From assembly GCA_905235675.1 (NCBI GenBank), contig CAJONC010000008.1, forward strand, positions 10,299-74,298: DNA of 64,000 bases. Direction: 5' to 3'. The notes under the pieces are model-generated. The model was not told the DNA's origin, made no database searches, and saw only the letters and a program-made list of their open reading frames with translations. Positions 55,134 through 64,000 of this stretch are shown here, in pieces. The number at the start of each line of letters is the position of its first letter. The stretch's first letter is position 1. A program made the position numbers and the translations under genes. The DNA is from an uncultured Bacteroidales bacterium. GTDB taxonomy: Bacteria; Bacteroidota; Bacteroidia; Bacteroidales; UBA932.

Positions 55134-56468
55134 ATGGAAAACAAGCGTACGCTAAGCTTTGCGCAACTGGTTAACCTCAGCTTCGGATTTTTCGGAGTGC
55201 AGATAGCCTATGCACTGCAAAGTGCAAACATAAGCCGTATTTTCGCAACTCTCGGTGCAGACCCGCACCAGCTCAGTTTCTTCTGGATACTTCCCCCTCT
55301 TATGGGCATGATAGTCCAGCCGCTTATAGGCAAATGGTCCGACCGTACCTGGTGCCGCATGGGGCGCCGCAAGCCCTATCTTCTGGTGGGCGCGATAGTG
55401 GCCGTTCTGGTGATGATCCTCCTGCCCAACGCCGGCAGCCTGAATCTCAGCACCGCCTATGTTTTCCTCGGGCTCAACGCCGCCATGTGGTTCGGTCTTT
55501 TCAGCCTTATCTTCCTCGATACCAGCATCAACGTTGCAATGCAGCCCTTCAAGATGATGGTGGGCGACATGGTGACCGAAGAGCAGAAGACTCAGGCTTA
55601 CTCGATACAGAGCTTCCTCTGCAATGCCGGCAGCCTTGTGGGATATCTTCTCCCCATCTTCTTCACCTGGATAGGAATTGCCAACGAGGCCCCCGAGGGA
55701 ATGGTTCCCCCGTCGGTGATAACCTCGTTCTACGTAGGTGCGGCCATACTCATCATCTGCGTGCTCTACACCTTCCTCAAAGTCAGGGAGCTGCCTCCGG
55801 CAGAGTACGCCGAGTTCCACAAAATCGCCCCCCCCGCCGAGGATAAAACACAGAAAGACAACCTGCTGGCCCTTCTTTTCAAGGCCCCTTCCACTTTCTG
55901 GACGGTCGGCCTCGTGCAGTTCTTCTGCTGGTCCGCCTTCCTTTACATGTGGACCTATTCCAACGGGGCAATCGCCTTCAACTGCTGGGACGGAGTCACC
56001 GACACCGCGTCCAAGGCATATCAGGACGCAGGCAACTGGGTGGGAGTGGTGTTCGCCGTGCAGGCCGTAGGTTCCATCATCTGGGCTACCCTGCTCCCCA
56101 GGTTCCGCAATGTGAAGACGGCTTATGTAATCAGCCTGCTGATAGGGGCTGCGGGATTTGCATCCATATTCTTCGTGCATGACAAATTCCTCATCTGCGC
56201 CAGCTACTTCCTCATCGGAACGGCATGGGCCGCGATGCTGGCTCTTCCCTTCACCCTTCTCACCAACGCCCTCGAAGGCAGCCCCCGCATGGGCAGCTAC
56301 CTCGGACTTTTCAACTGCACCATCTGCCTGCCCCAGATAGTGGCGGCGGCTACCGGCGGCCTCGTGCTGAAGCTCGCCGGAGGCTCCCAGCCGGGCATGC
56401 TGATGATTGCGGGAGGCTTGCTGGTGCTCGGTGCAGTCTGCGTAAGATTCATCAAGATCAATAAATAG
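55134..56468 (+). CDS. MFS sugar transporter (GPH/SLC45-like; maltose/maltodextrin-type in starch PULs)
   Basis: 444 aa from MENKRTLSFAQLVNLSFGFFGVQ, with 12 TM helices. The track ORF's upstream 117 aa are antisense to the kinase gene and are rejected. Confidence 0.8.
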   Translation: MENKRTLSFAQLVNLSFGFFGVQIAYALQSANISRIFATLGADPHQLSFFWILPPLMGMIVQPLIGKWSDRTWCRMGRRKPYLLVGAIVAVLVMILLPNAGSLNLSTAYVFLGLNAAMWFGLFSLIFLDTSINVAMQPFKMMVGDMVTEEQKTQAYSIQSFLCNAGSLVGYLLPIFFTWIGIANEAPEGMVPPSVITSFYVGAAILIICVLYTFLKVRELPPAEYAEFHKIAPPAEDKTQKDNLLALLFKAPSTFWTVGLVQFFCWSAFLYMWTYSNGAIAFNCWDGVTDTASKAYQDAGNWVGVVFAVQAVGSIIWATLLPRFRNVKTAYVISLLIGAAGFASIFFVHDKFLICASYFLIGTAWAAMLALPFTLLTNALEGSPRMGSYLGLFNCTICLPQIVAAATGGLVLKLAGGSQPGMLMIAGGLLVLGAVCVRFIKINK

Positions 56469-56496
56469 ACAATTTTGTTAACTAATCATTCGTTAA

Positions 56497-59430
56497 ATGA
56501 AAAGAATCCTTATCCTCCTCTCCGCCATCGTCGCTTCGGTGATGATGCCGGCAAATGTATCCGCCCAGGGCGGATATGAGGTCAAAGGTACGGTCATTGA
56601 CGAAATCGGACCCGTAATCGGAGCCTCCATAGTGGAAAAAGGCACGATGAACGGAATTACCACCGATTTCGACGGTGCTTACGTACTTAAGGTGTCGTCG
56701 GCGGATGCAGTCGTTGAAATCAGCTGCATCGGTTATTCGACAGTATCTTTCAAGGCTTCGGCAGTTCCCGCCGTCGTCACCCTTGGCGAAGATGCCACCT
56801 TCCTTGAGGAAGTGGTCGTCATCGGTTACGGTACGGTGAGCAAGAAGGAACTTTCCAGCTCCATCGTACAGGTGGACAAGAAGGACTTCGCGCAGGGCAG
56901 CCTGAACAATGTGATGGAACTGATGTCCGGCAAAGTCGCCGGTCTCAACGTCAACTCCACCGCTGCAGCCAACCCGAACTCATCATCCGACATCCAGATC
57001 CGCGGCGCCGGTTCCATTACGGCAGGCAACGGACCGCTCGTGGTTATCGACGGCGTGGCCGGCGGTGACATCCGCAACCTTTCGGCACAGGATATCGAGA
57101 GCATGACAGTACTGAAGGATGCCGCTTCGGCAGCAATCTACGGTACGCGCGGTGCAAACGGCGTTATCCTCATCACCACCAAGAAGGGCAGCAATGCGGG
57201 CGTTGGACATTCCAACATCACTTACGACAGCTGGGTGGGCGTGAACATTGCCAAACCGCATATTCCTACGCTCTCCTCCGACGAATTCCGCCGCAGCCGC
57301 CGTGGCAACGATTATGGCTACGACACCGACTGGTACAGCGAAATCACCCGTCCTTTCTCCTACGACATAAACCAGTATGTCGCGGCTGACGGCAGCATGG
57401 AGAACGGAACCTACAACGCATCCATCAACTACAAGAAGGCCAACGGTATCGACATCACTTCGGGCCGCGAGGAATTCGGCGGCCGCGTGAACGTGGAGCA
57501 GAAGGCTTTCAACAACCGCCTCACTTTCGGCGTTTCTCTCAACGTGCGCCGCGTGAACGAGGTCTGGGGAAATGACGGAATGTTCGACACCGCACTCAAC
57601 CTCAATCCTACTATGCCCGTTTACAACGAAGACGGCAGCTGGTATCAGCCGACCACGGCAACCGGCGTAGCGAATCCCGTTTCGGTGCTCAAGGACAACA
57701 ACAGCAACGGCCAGAGGCTTTATCTGCTCGGCAGCACTTTCGCCAAGGTGAATCTGCTCAAGACCGACCATCACAACCTCAGCACGTCGCTCACTTACTC
57801 CTATAATTACAACGACCTCAAGGGCAATTACTACACTCCTTCCACATCTTCCGAATCCTTCTGGGGCGGATATGCCGGAAAGGCCAACCTTCAGTACCAG
57901 AAGTGGTGGAACAACCAGTTGGAGTGGCTCATCAATTACATGTTCGCCACGGGCGACCACACCGTCACCGCAGTCGCAGGCTATGCCTACGAGGACAACA
58001 ACTGGGAAAACATGTTCATGGAGAACAGCGATTTCGCCAACGACATCACCGGCTACAACTCGATCCAGAGCGGCCTTTACCTTGGCGAAGGCACCGCCAC
58101 CATGAACTCGGGAAAGAGCCTTTCCAAGCTTATCGGCGTATTCGGCCGTGTAAACTACAACTGGAAAGACATCGTGTTCGCATCGGCTTCGCTGCGCCAC
58201 GAGGGTTCCACCAAGTTCGGCGCGAACCACAAATGGGGTAACTTCCCCGCCGTATCGCTCGCAGTCGAGCTCGCAAATGCCGGCATTTTCGACAGCAAGG
58301 ACGTGGTCCAGAGCCTCAAGCCCCGTATTTCCTACGGTGTCACCGGACGTTCCGACTTCGATGCCTACAGGGCCCTGTCCACATACAGCTCTACCGGCAG
58401 CTATATCCAGGACGGCAAGTATGTGACGGCCTATGCTCCTTCGCAGAATGCGAACCCCGACCTGAGGTGGGAGAAGCTGGTGGCCTTGAACGCAGGTATC
58501 GACTTCGTCCTCTGGAACAGGCTGCGCGGCAGCATCGACCTCTTCGACCGTCAGAGCCGCGACCTCCTCTACGAATACACCGCTCCCCAGCCTCCGTATG
58601 TCTATCCCAAAATTCTGGTGAACGTGGGAACGATTTCCAACAAGGGTGTCGAGCTTACCCTCGACTACGACGTTCTCAAGGGAACGGGCCTTCTCTGGAC
58701 CACGGGAATCAACGCCTCTTTCGGATCCACTACGCTCAAGAAACTCTCCAACGACGTTTACAAGGCTGATTATCTGGAACTTTACCAGAAGCCCGGCGTG
58801 GGTACAAACGAGTACTTCTTCCGCGTGGCCGAAGGCAGCAAGATCGGCCAGTTCTACGGCTATGAGTATGCCGGCGTAGACGAAAACAAGAACATGCTCG
58901 TCTACGACAACGAAGGCAATGCCGTAAATGCGGCTGCAGCCGACCTCAGCTGGAAGAAATACATAGGCAACGGTACTCCCACTACTTTCCTCAACTGGAA
59001 CAACAGTTTCGTCTACAGGAATTGGGACCTTTCGCTCCAGTTCGCCGGTGCGTTCGGATTCGAGATCTTCAACATGCGCAAGTACGGCATGGGTCTCCAG
59101 GGCTGCGGAACCGACAATGTGTTCCGTACCGCCTATACAACCGATGACTACATCCGCACCGGCGGAGGCGTCATCTCGTCCTACTTCCTCGAGAAGGGAG
59201 ATTACTTCAAGCTCCAGAACGCTACTCTCGGATACAACCTGGCACCAAAGGACTCCTACATCAGGAACCTCAGGGCCTATCTGTCCGCGAAGAACCTGTT
59301 TACCCTTACCAAGTATTCCGGAAGCGACCCTTCAATCGTGAGGGTGACCGGAATAGAACCCGGCGTGGACTCCAACAGCGCTTATCCTGTTGCAGTCGCT
59401 GTTACCCTTGGCGTGACTTTGACCTTCTAA
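56497..59430 (+). CDS. SusC/RagA-family TonB-dependent transporter (no STN domain)
   Basis: 977 aa. CarboxypepD_reg (YEVKGTVIDEIGPVIGASI), plug (IRGAGSITAGNGPLVVIDG), barrel, C-terminal ...GVTLTF. Confidence 0.95.
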   Translation: MKRILILLSAIVASVMMPANVSAQGGYEVKGTVIDEIGPVIGASIVEKGTMNGITTDFDGAYVLKVSSADAVVEISCIGYSTVSFKASAVPAVVTLGEDATFLEEVVVIGYGTVSKKELSSSIVQVDKKDFAQGSLNNVMELMSGKVAGLNVNSTAAANPNSSSDIQIRGAGSITAGNGPLVVIDGVAGGDIRNLSAQDIESMTVLKDAASAAIYGTRGANGVILITTKKGSNAGVGHSNITYDSWVGVNIAKPHIPTLSSDEFRRSRRGNDYGYDTDWYSEITRPFSYDINQYVAADGSMENGTYNASINYKKANGIDITSGREEFGGRVNVEQKAFNNRLTFGVSLNVRRVNEVWGNDGMFDTALNLNPTMPVYNEDGSWYQPTTATGVANPVSVLKDNNSNGQRLYLLGSTFAKVNLLKTDHHNLSTSLTYSYNYNDLKGNYYTPSTSSESFWGGYAGKANLQYQKWWNNQLEWLINYMFATGDHTVTAVAGYAYEDNNWENMFMENSDFANDITGYNSIQSGLYLGEGTATMNSGKSLSKLIGVFGRVNYNWKDIVFASASLRHEGSTKFGANHKWGNFPAVSLAVELANAGIFDSKDVVQSLKPRISYGVTGRSDFDAYRALSTYSSTGSYIQDGKYVTAYAPSQNANPDLRWEKLVALNAGIDFVLWNRLRGSIDLFDRQSRDLLYEYTAPQPPYVYPKILVNVGTISNKGVELTLDYDVLKGTGLLWTTGINASFGSTTLKKLSNDVYKADYLELYQKPGVGTNEYFFRVAEGSKIGQFYGYEYAGVDENKNMLVYDNEGNAVNAAAADLSWKKYIGNGTPTTFLNWNNSFVYRNWDLSLQFAGAFGFEIFNMRKYGMGLQGCGTDNVFRTAYTTDDYIRTGGGVISSYFLEKGDYFKLQNATLGYNLAPKDSYIRNLRAYLSAKNLFTLTKYSGSDPSIVRVTGIEPGVDSNSAYPVAVAVTLGVTLTF

Positions 59431-61251
59431 ATGCATAAGATTATGAAAAAACATATAATAAGATTGGTTGCGCTTGTTTCGCTCTCCTTCGGCTTTACCG
59501 CCTGCTTCGACCTTGAAGAGGAAACCTTCGACCGTATCGGTGTGACCGAATACTACAGGAACGAGGGCAGTATCCAGGGCTCCGTGAGCGCCATCTATTA
59601 TTCCGCCGCGAACCGTTTCATGGAATACGGTTTCTATCTGCAGGAATTCTCCGCCGACCAGGTTGCATGGCGCACCTGGAACGGAGGAAGCTGGGGATGG
59701 GACGAAGGGCTCAAGTTCGTGCTTTCCACCCATACCTGGACACCTGAAGCTACCATCGTCCGTCAGGCCTGGGAATCTTCATGGGAGACAATAGGCCTCT
59801 GCAACAATATGCTCGCCGACCTCAATTCCGTTTCGGCATCCGACATCGATGTCACGGAAGAGGTTTACCAGAGCTACAAGGCCGAGGTCCGTACTCTCCG
59901 TGCCTGGCAGTACTACAACAACTTCGAGCTTTGGGGAGGCGCACTGCCTATCTGTGACGAAGAAACCGAGGGTATGCCCGGATCCGCCGACGAAAACTTC
60001 GACGCCGGCTGCAAAGCGGTTTACGACTTCATAATGAAAGACCTCGACGAGTCGCTTCCTTATCTTGAAAAGAACAAGGTGAACGCGATGAACCAGGCCG
60101 CCAACCGCATCCTGAAGGCAAGGCTCCTTCTCAATGCCAAAATTTTCATCGGTGAAGATCATTTCTCCGAGTGCGCGGCACTCTGCCAGGAGCTCATCGA
60201 CGGAACTTACGGCAATTACAGCTATGCCACCGACTATCGCGACATCTACGGTTTCAACAATGCCTCCTGCCCCGAGGTTGTGTTCGCATTTGCCGAAGAG
60301 AACAGTCACTATTCGCAGAACTGCCTGAACATCCGCGACATGCCTTTCCTCCCTTACACCTATCCCGAGTTCCTCGGATATAACGTGATTCCCGAGAACA
60401 TGAACGGTTGGAACTGCACCTGCCTCGCCCCTTCGTTCGACAACAGCGGTACCGTCCAGAATGTAGGCGGCACCACCGGAGCTACCTGTTTCCTCGACGC
60501 CCCCTACAACGACAAGCTCGGCGCAGTTTACGAGCGCTTCGACAACCGCGACATCCGCAAGGCCAACTACAAGTGGAATAACGGAAATTACAGCGGAATG
60601 TTCATCTACGGCCCCGTAAAGAATCTTGAGACCGGAAAGGCCGTAAAGGCCGACGCCGACCGCGACGGACAGGATCTGGTTTATGTCGACCAGGTAGGCA
60701 CCTTCCAGAACATGGGCCGCAATCTCGAAACCGTGATGACGCCCCGCTGGGGAGAAACCAATTCCGGCATCCGTCTGATGAAGTACCCCATGGCGCCCGA
60801 ATCCACCGGCCTGATGTGGGAAGATATCGACGAAGTCGAGATCCGCTTTGCGGAGGTTTACTTCATGCTTGCCGAATGCAAGATGCGCGCAGGCGACCTT
60901 TCCGGAGGGAAAGACCTCGTGAACCGGATTCGCCAGCGTTACTTCTCGTCTTCCGACTGGACCTCCGCCAAGGATGATCCCGGTCACGGATTCACCGCAT
61001 TCGACCTCGACTGGATGCTCAACCAGTGGGGTCAGGAATACCTCTGCGAAGGACGCCGCCGCCGTACCGACCTGCGCCGCTTCGACCAGTTCACCCAGGG
61101 CCAGTGGTGGTTCTTCGGACGTGCTACCGAAGACGGATACAACCTTCCTGCAAAGCGCGACCGCAAGTATGAATGGTTCCCTCTGCCCCAGTCTGCAATC
61201 GCCGTCAACACCGGCCTTATCCAGAATCCTGCTTATTCAAGCGCAGAGTAA
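59431..61251 (+). CDS. SusD/RagB-family lipoprotein
   Basis: 606 aa, lipobox FGFTACF. Shows RFAEVYFMLAEC, EYLCEGRRRTDLRRF and a SusD C-terminus. An alternative ATG is at 59443. Confidence 0.9.
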   Translation: MHKIMKKHIIRLVALVSLSFGFTACFDLEEETFDRIGVTEYYRNEGSIQGSVSAIYYSAANRFMEYGFYLQEFSADQVAWRTWNGGSWGWDEGLKFVLSTHTWTPEATIVRQAWESSWETIGLCNNMLADLNSVSASDIDVTEEVYQSYKAEVRTLRAWQYYNNFELWGGALPICDEETEGMPGSADENFDAGCKAVYDFIMKDLDESLPYLEKNKVNAMNQAANRILKARLLLNAKIFIGEDHFSECAALCQELIDGTYGNYSYATDYRDIYGFNNASCPEVVFAFAEENSHYSQNCLNIRDMPFLPYTYPEFLGYNVIPENMNGWNCTCLAPSFDNSGTVQNVGGTTGATCFLDAPYNDKLGAVYERFDNRDIRKANYKWNNGNYSGMFIYGPVKNLETGKAVKADADRDGQDLVYVDQVGTFQNMGRNLETVMTPRWGETNSGIRLMKYPMAPESTGLMWEDIDEVEIRFAEVYFMLAECKMRAGDLSGGKDLVNRIRQRYFSSSDWTSAKDDPGHGFTAFDLDWMLNQWGQEYLCEGRRRRTDLRRFDQFTQGQWWFFGRATEDGYNLPAKRDRKYEWFPLPQSAIAVNTGLIQNPAYSSAE

Positions 61252-61263
61252 AAATTTCGCGAT

Positions 61264-63939
61264 ATGAAAAAGATTTTCAAATATGCAATGATTTCCCTCG
61301 GACTCGCTGCCGCATGCAGCTGCGCCCAGGAGGAGATTTTATTCGACCACGAGCAGCCCGCATTTGAAACCCGCGACGAACTTGTGCTCATCGAAGCCAT
61401 CATGCCCACAAGCACCGCTTCCGACGACGCAATTTACATCTGCGGCGATTTCAACAACGGCAGCGCGGCGGTTGACAATATCAACTACCAGCTCGAGAAA
61501 TCCGAAACGGTCAACGGCAAGTGGGCCATCTACCTCGACCCCGCCGAATTCGTTTCCGGCACTTCCCTCGAGGACGGTTTCTGGTTCTATTCCAAGAGAG
61601 ACCGCAGGGAAGTCACCATGAAGGGCGAAGAAGCCCTGCACAAGATAAACGCACAGCCCGGCAGCCGCTATACCATCTATGTGGACCGCTGGGAGTCGTA
61701 TTACGACGCACCCGCCATTCCTATTCCTTCCCATACCGACAGTTACCGTATCTGGTATGTGAACGACAACGAGTGGGATCCCGTGAACCTTTACATGTAT
61801 GGTGACGTGAACGACCTCGGAGCCGGCTGGCCCGGTATCGAGACCGGAGGAACCGCCACTCTCGGCGAGAACCTCTGGGCATATGTCGACGTTCCCAAGA
61901 AAGACGCCCAGGGCTGCACCGAACACCTTATCTTCAACGGTAACGGCGGAAAGGTACAGATCCCCGGCGAAATCGAGCCTGTAATCACCTTCGGTGACAA
62001 GGCCGACTACTTCTTTGCCATCTCCTCCGACGAGAGCGGCGCATTAACCTGCTGGGAAGTCACCGACATCGAGAACCCCGGAGTCGAGCTCTTCGTTCCT
62101 TCCGTTCCCGTCGTCAGCCTCTATGTGCTGAACTTCACCGAATGGGAGAAGGTCTATGCCTATGCGGTGAACAACGATGAGGTTCCCGCAGAGGAAGCCT
62201 TCGGAAAATGGCCCGGAGCGGAACCTGTAGAGACTGTGACCAAAGACGGCCTGGAATACCTGCGCTTTGAATTCGAAGAGCAGTATGCCGGACATTTCGC
62301 CAACTTCATCTTCAACAATGGAGGAAGCGTGGAGGAAGGCACGATGCAGAGCGTCGGAGGCCCCGGCGTCACCCTCGAGGCTGACATGACCGTGGCCGTG
62401 AGTGCAGGCTGCTATGCGGTGGTCGAGGAAGATGAAGAGGTGCCTTATCCTATGACACTTTATGTAATTGACGAGACCGGCTGGGACGAACTCCGCCTGT
62501 ACGCCTGGGGTGATGCCGAGATGTTCGGCGGCTGGCCCGGCGCAGCGCCTTCCGGCACCGTGACATGGAACGGCAAGACTTACACCACCTTCGAGTTCCT
62601 GAGCGCTTGCGAAGGCTTTGAAGAGAATCTCATCTTCAACAACAACAACGGAACCCAGCTTGGCGACCTGAACGTGAGGATGGCAGACGGCCTCTTCGTA
62701 AAGATTACCCTCGAAGGTGCACAGCTTGTCGACAAAGAGGAAGTTCCCGCTTACATTTATATCGAGAACAAGAGCGGCTGGGATGAGATTGCAGTGTATT
62801 CCTGGGGCGATGCTGAAGTGTTCGGCGGATGGCCGGGTGCCACCCCTGTGGGAGATGTCGAGATCAACGGCTTCACCTTCACCGCATTCGAGTTCGGCGA
62901 CAGCAACGTCGGCAAGAACGTCAACCTCATCTTCAACAACAATAATCACGACCTCCAGCTCGGAGACTTCAACATCACGCTTGCAAAGGAGAACTTCCTT
63001 ACCGTGACCGCCGATGGCGTCATCCCCATCGAGAAGAACCCCAGAAGCGTCAAGTGGGTCGACTTCCTGGTGAAGAACGACACCGAATGGCCTGAGATTG
63101 CAGTGTATGCATGGGGCGATGCCGAAATGTTCGGCGGCTGGCCCGGTGCCACACCCGTGGAAACCGTGACCTACGACGGCGACGAGTATCTCCGCTTCCG
63201 TTTCTCCGATGAATTCATCGGTCTAAACGAGCATTTCATCTTCAACAACAACGGAAAAGGCGATCAGCTTGGCGACTTCGACCTTACCGTGAGCGAGGGT
63301 ATGGTCATCGGCGTTACCGCCGGAGGCGCATCCTTCATTCCCGATCCCCGTTCGACCTATTCCATCTATGTGAAGGACAACAGCGGTTGGGGTGAACTCG
63401 CCGTCTACGGCTGGCAGACCGACGAACCCGAGATCTTCGGCAGCTGGGCCGGTGCGGTTCCCTCCGGAACCGTGTCGCTCTGCGGCGAGACCTACAAGCG
63501 CTACAAGATCGGCGACTCGTTCAACGGCAAGTCCTACAACCTCATCTTCAACAACAACGGTGGAAATTCGCAGTATGACGTTGCGCTCGTCGAGATAAAT
63601 TCCGACCTGTTCTTCGTCGCCGGCCCCACAAGCGCCGAGAAGATCGAAGATCCCGGCTGCTGCCTCTTCTTCGAGGACAAGACCGGCTGGGCCGGAACCT
63701 GGTGCTATGCCTGGGGCGATGCCGAAGTGTTCGGTGCCTGGCCCGGCTATGCGATGACCGAGACCATGAACGTCGGCGGAGTGGACTACAAGTTCGCCCG
63801 TATCCCCGCAGGCAACAAGGGCAAGCTCATCCATCCCATCCTTAACGACTACAATACCAACCAGTACAATGTTGAGGATGTCGTGATAAGCGAAGATGTG
63901 TTCTTCACTGCCAACGCAGATGCCGCCGTGCGGAAATAA
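61264..63939 (+). CDS. surface lipoprotein with 7 tandem starch-binding-module-like (CBM25/26-like) repeats; functional analogue of SusE/F
   Basis: 891 aa, lipobox LAAACSC. Repeats of ~95 aa share ...W..(I/L)A(V)Y(A/S)WGDAE(V/M)FGGWPGA.P......G..Y..F.F.........N(L/F)IFNNN....Q.GD.... Confidence 0.7.
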   Translation: MKKIFKYAMISLGLAAACSCAQEEILFDHEQPAFETRDELVLIEAIMPTSTASDDAIYICGDFNNGSAAVDNINYQLEKSETVNGKWAIYLDPAEFVSGTSLEDGFWFYSKRDRREVTMKGEEALHKINAQPGSRYTIYVDRWESYYDAPAIPIPSHTDSYRIWYVNDNEWDPVNLYMYGDVNDLGAGWPGIETGGTATLGENLWAYVDVPKKDAQGCTEHLIFNGNGGKVQIPGEIEPVITFGDKADYFFAISSDESGALTCWEVTDIENPGVELFVPSVPVVSLYVLNFTEWEKVYAYAVNNDEVPAEEAFGKWPGAEPVETVTKDGLEYLRFEFEEQYAGHFANFIFNNGGSVEEGTMQSVGGPGVTLEADMTVAVSAGCYAVVEEDEEVPYPMTLYVIDETGWDELRLYAWGDAEMFGGWPGAAPSGTVTWNGKTYTTFEFLSACEGFEENLIFNNNNGTQLGDLNVRMADGLFVKITLEGAQLVDKEEVPAYIYIENKSGWDEIAVYSWGDAEVFGGWPGATPVGDVEINGFTFTAFEFGDSNVGKNVNLIFNNNNHDLQLGDFNITLAKENFLTVTADGVIPIEKNPRSVKWVDFLVKNDTEWPEIAVYAWGDAEMFGGWPGATPVETVTYDGDEYLRFRFSDEFIGLNEHFIFNNNGKGDQLGDFDLTVSEGMVIGVTAGGASFIPDPRSTYSIYVKDNSGWGELAVYGWQTDEPEIFGSWAGAVPSGTVSLCGETYKRYKIGDSFNGKSYNLIFNNNGGNSQYDVALVEINSDLFFVAGPTSAEKIEDPGCCLFFEDKTGWAGTWCYAWGDAEVFGAWPGYAMTETMNVGGVDYKFARIPAGNKGKLIHPILNDYNTNQYNVEDVVISEDVFFTANADAAVRK
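61744..63915 (+). repeat. seven in-frame tandem coding repeats (~290 nt each) inside the CBM lipoprotein gene (approximate bounds)
   Basis: The WPG-containing cores recur near 61830, 62210, 62530, 62830, 63135, 63440 and 63735. The copies differ at many synonymous sites, so they are old duplications. Confidence 0.6.
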
Positions 63940-63952
63940 ACTCTGATTTCTG

Positions 63953-63992
63953 ACAGGGATGGCCGGAAAGATTTTGGGCCATCCCTGTTTTT
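63953..63992 (+). terminator. Rho-independent terminator after the Sus-like operon
   Basis: acagggatggcc / ggccatccctgt is a perfect 12-bp stem with a 12-nt loop, followed by tttt, 14 nt after the stop. Confidence 0.7.
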
Positions 63993-64000
63993 ATTATTTT

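Noticed and set aside
56983-62949. Long minus-strand ORFs (56983-58230, 59779-60987, 61339-61926, 62044-62949, 63223-63834) across the second Sus-like locus
   Set aside because: They are antisense shadows of the SusC, SusD and CBM-lipoprotein genes. The sense ORFs have clear family signatures and the antisense ones have none.
62500-63760. Periodic ~300-nt repeats as a possible CRISPR or other non-coding array
   Set aside because: The repeats are in frame within one long ORF and encode a conserved protein module. The units are far too long and too divergent for CRISPR repeats.

Overview
A 64-kb chromosomal segment from a Bacteroidota genome, probably Bacteroidales-type. The evidence is two SusC/SusD pairs, many lipoprotein signal peptides, TAnnTTTG -7 promoter boxes, and ATGA-type overlaps between adjacent genes. 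No rRNA, tRNA, CRISPR array, integrase or transposase was seen.

Layout:
(1) 1-8.7 kb: housekeeping genes. These are split transketolase, menG/ubiE, SUI1, menA, tatCA, lepA, and yidD-rnpA-hemD-like-DUF4271.
(2) 8.8-10.5 kb: a lower-GC hipBA toxin-antitoxin islet. hipA carries a 1-nt deletion exactly at its GGARPK loop.
(3) 10.5-13.2 kb: an EamA transporter and a tandem-domain esterase.
(4) 13.3-43.4 kb: a large PUL controlled by an ECF sigma factor and an anti-sigma factor. The anti-sigma gene is frameshifted. The locus encodes an STN-type SusC, a SusD, BACON-like and Big_2 proteins, and four surface lipoproteins that share a fimbrillin-like N-terminal scaffold but differ at the C-terminus (beta-helix, FISUMP twice, GLUG). 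It also holds two paralogous unannotated small ORFs, three EEP-domain proteins, and an SGNH esterase. It ends with a 1,679-aa lipoprotein that fuses GH106-like, histidine acid phosphatase and GDPD domains, then a GH35-like enzyme and an SDF symporter. I read this as a candidate utilisation locus for a phosphodiester-linked or phosphorylated glycopolymer, which is the most unusual system in the window.
(5) 43.4-53 kb: a DUF2723 membrane protein, a SAM methyltransferase, a second histidine phosphatase, a DUF362 Fe-S protein, pgk, an outer membrane beta-barrel protein, and lgt.
(6) 53-64 kb: a LytS/LytTR two-component system transcribed divergently from a starch-type Sus-like operon. That operon is an MFS transporter, SusC, SusD, and a lipoprotein with 7 tandem CBM25/26-like repeats. 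The divergent intergenic region contains a textbook LytTR-type direct repeat.

All family assignments come from reading the translated ORFs and recognising motifs. No database search was run.
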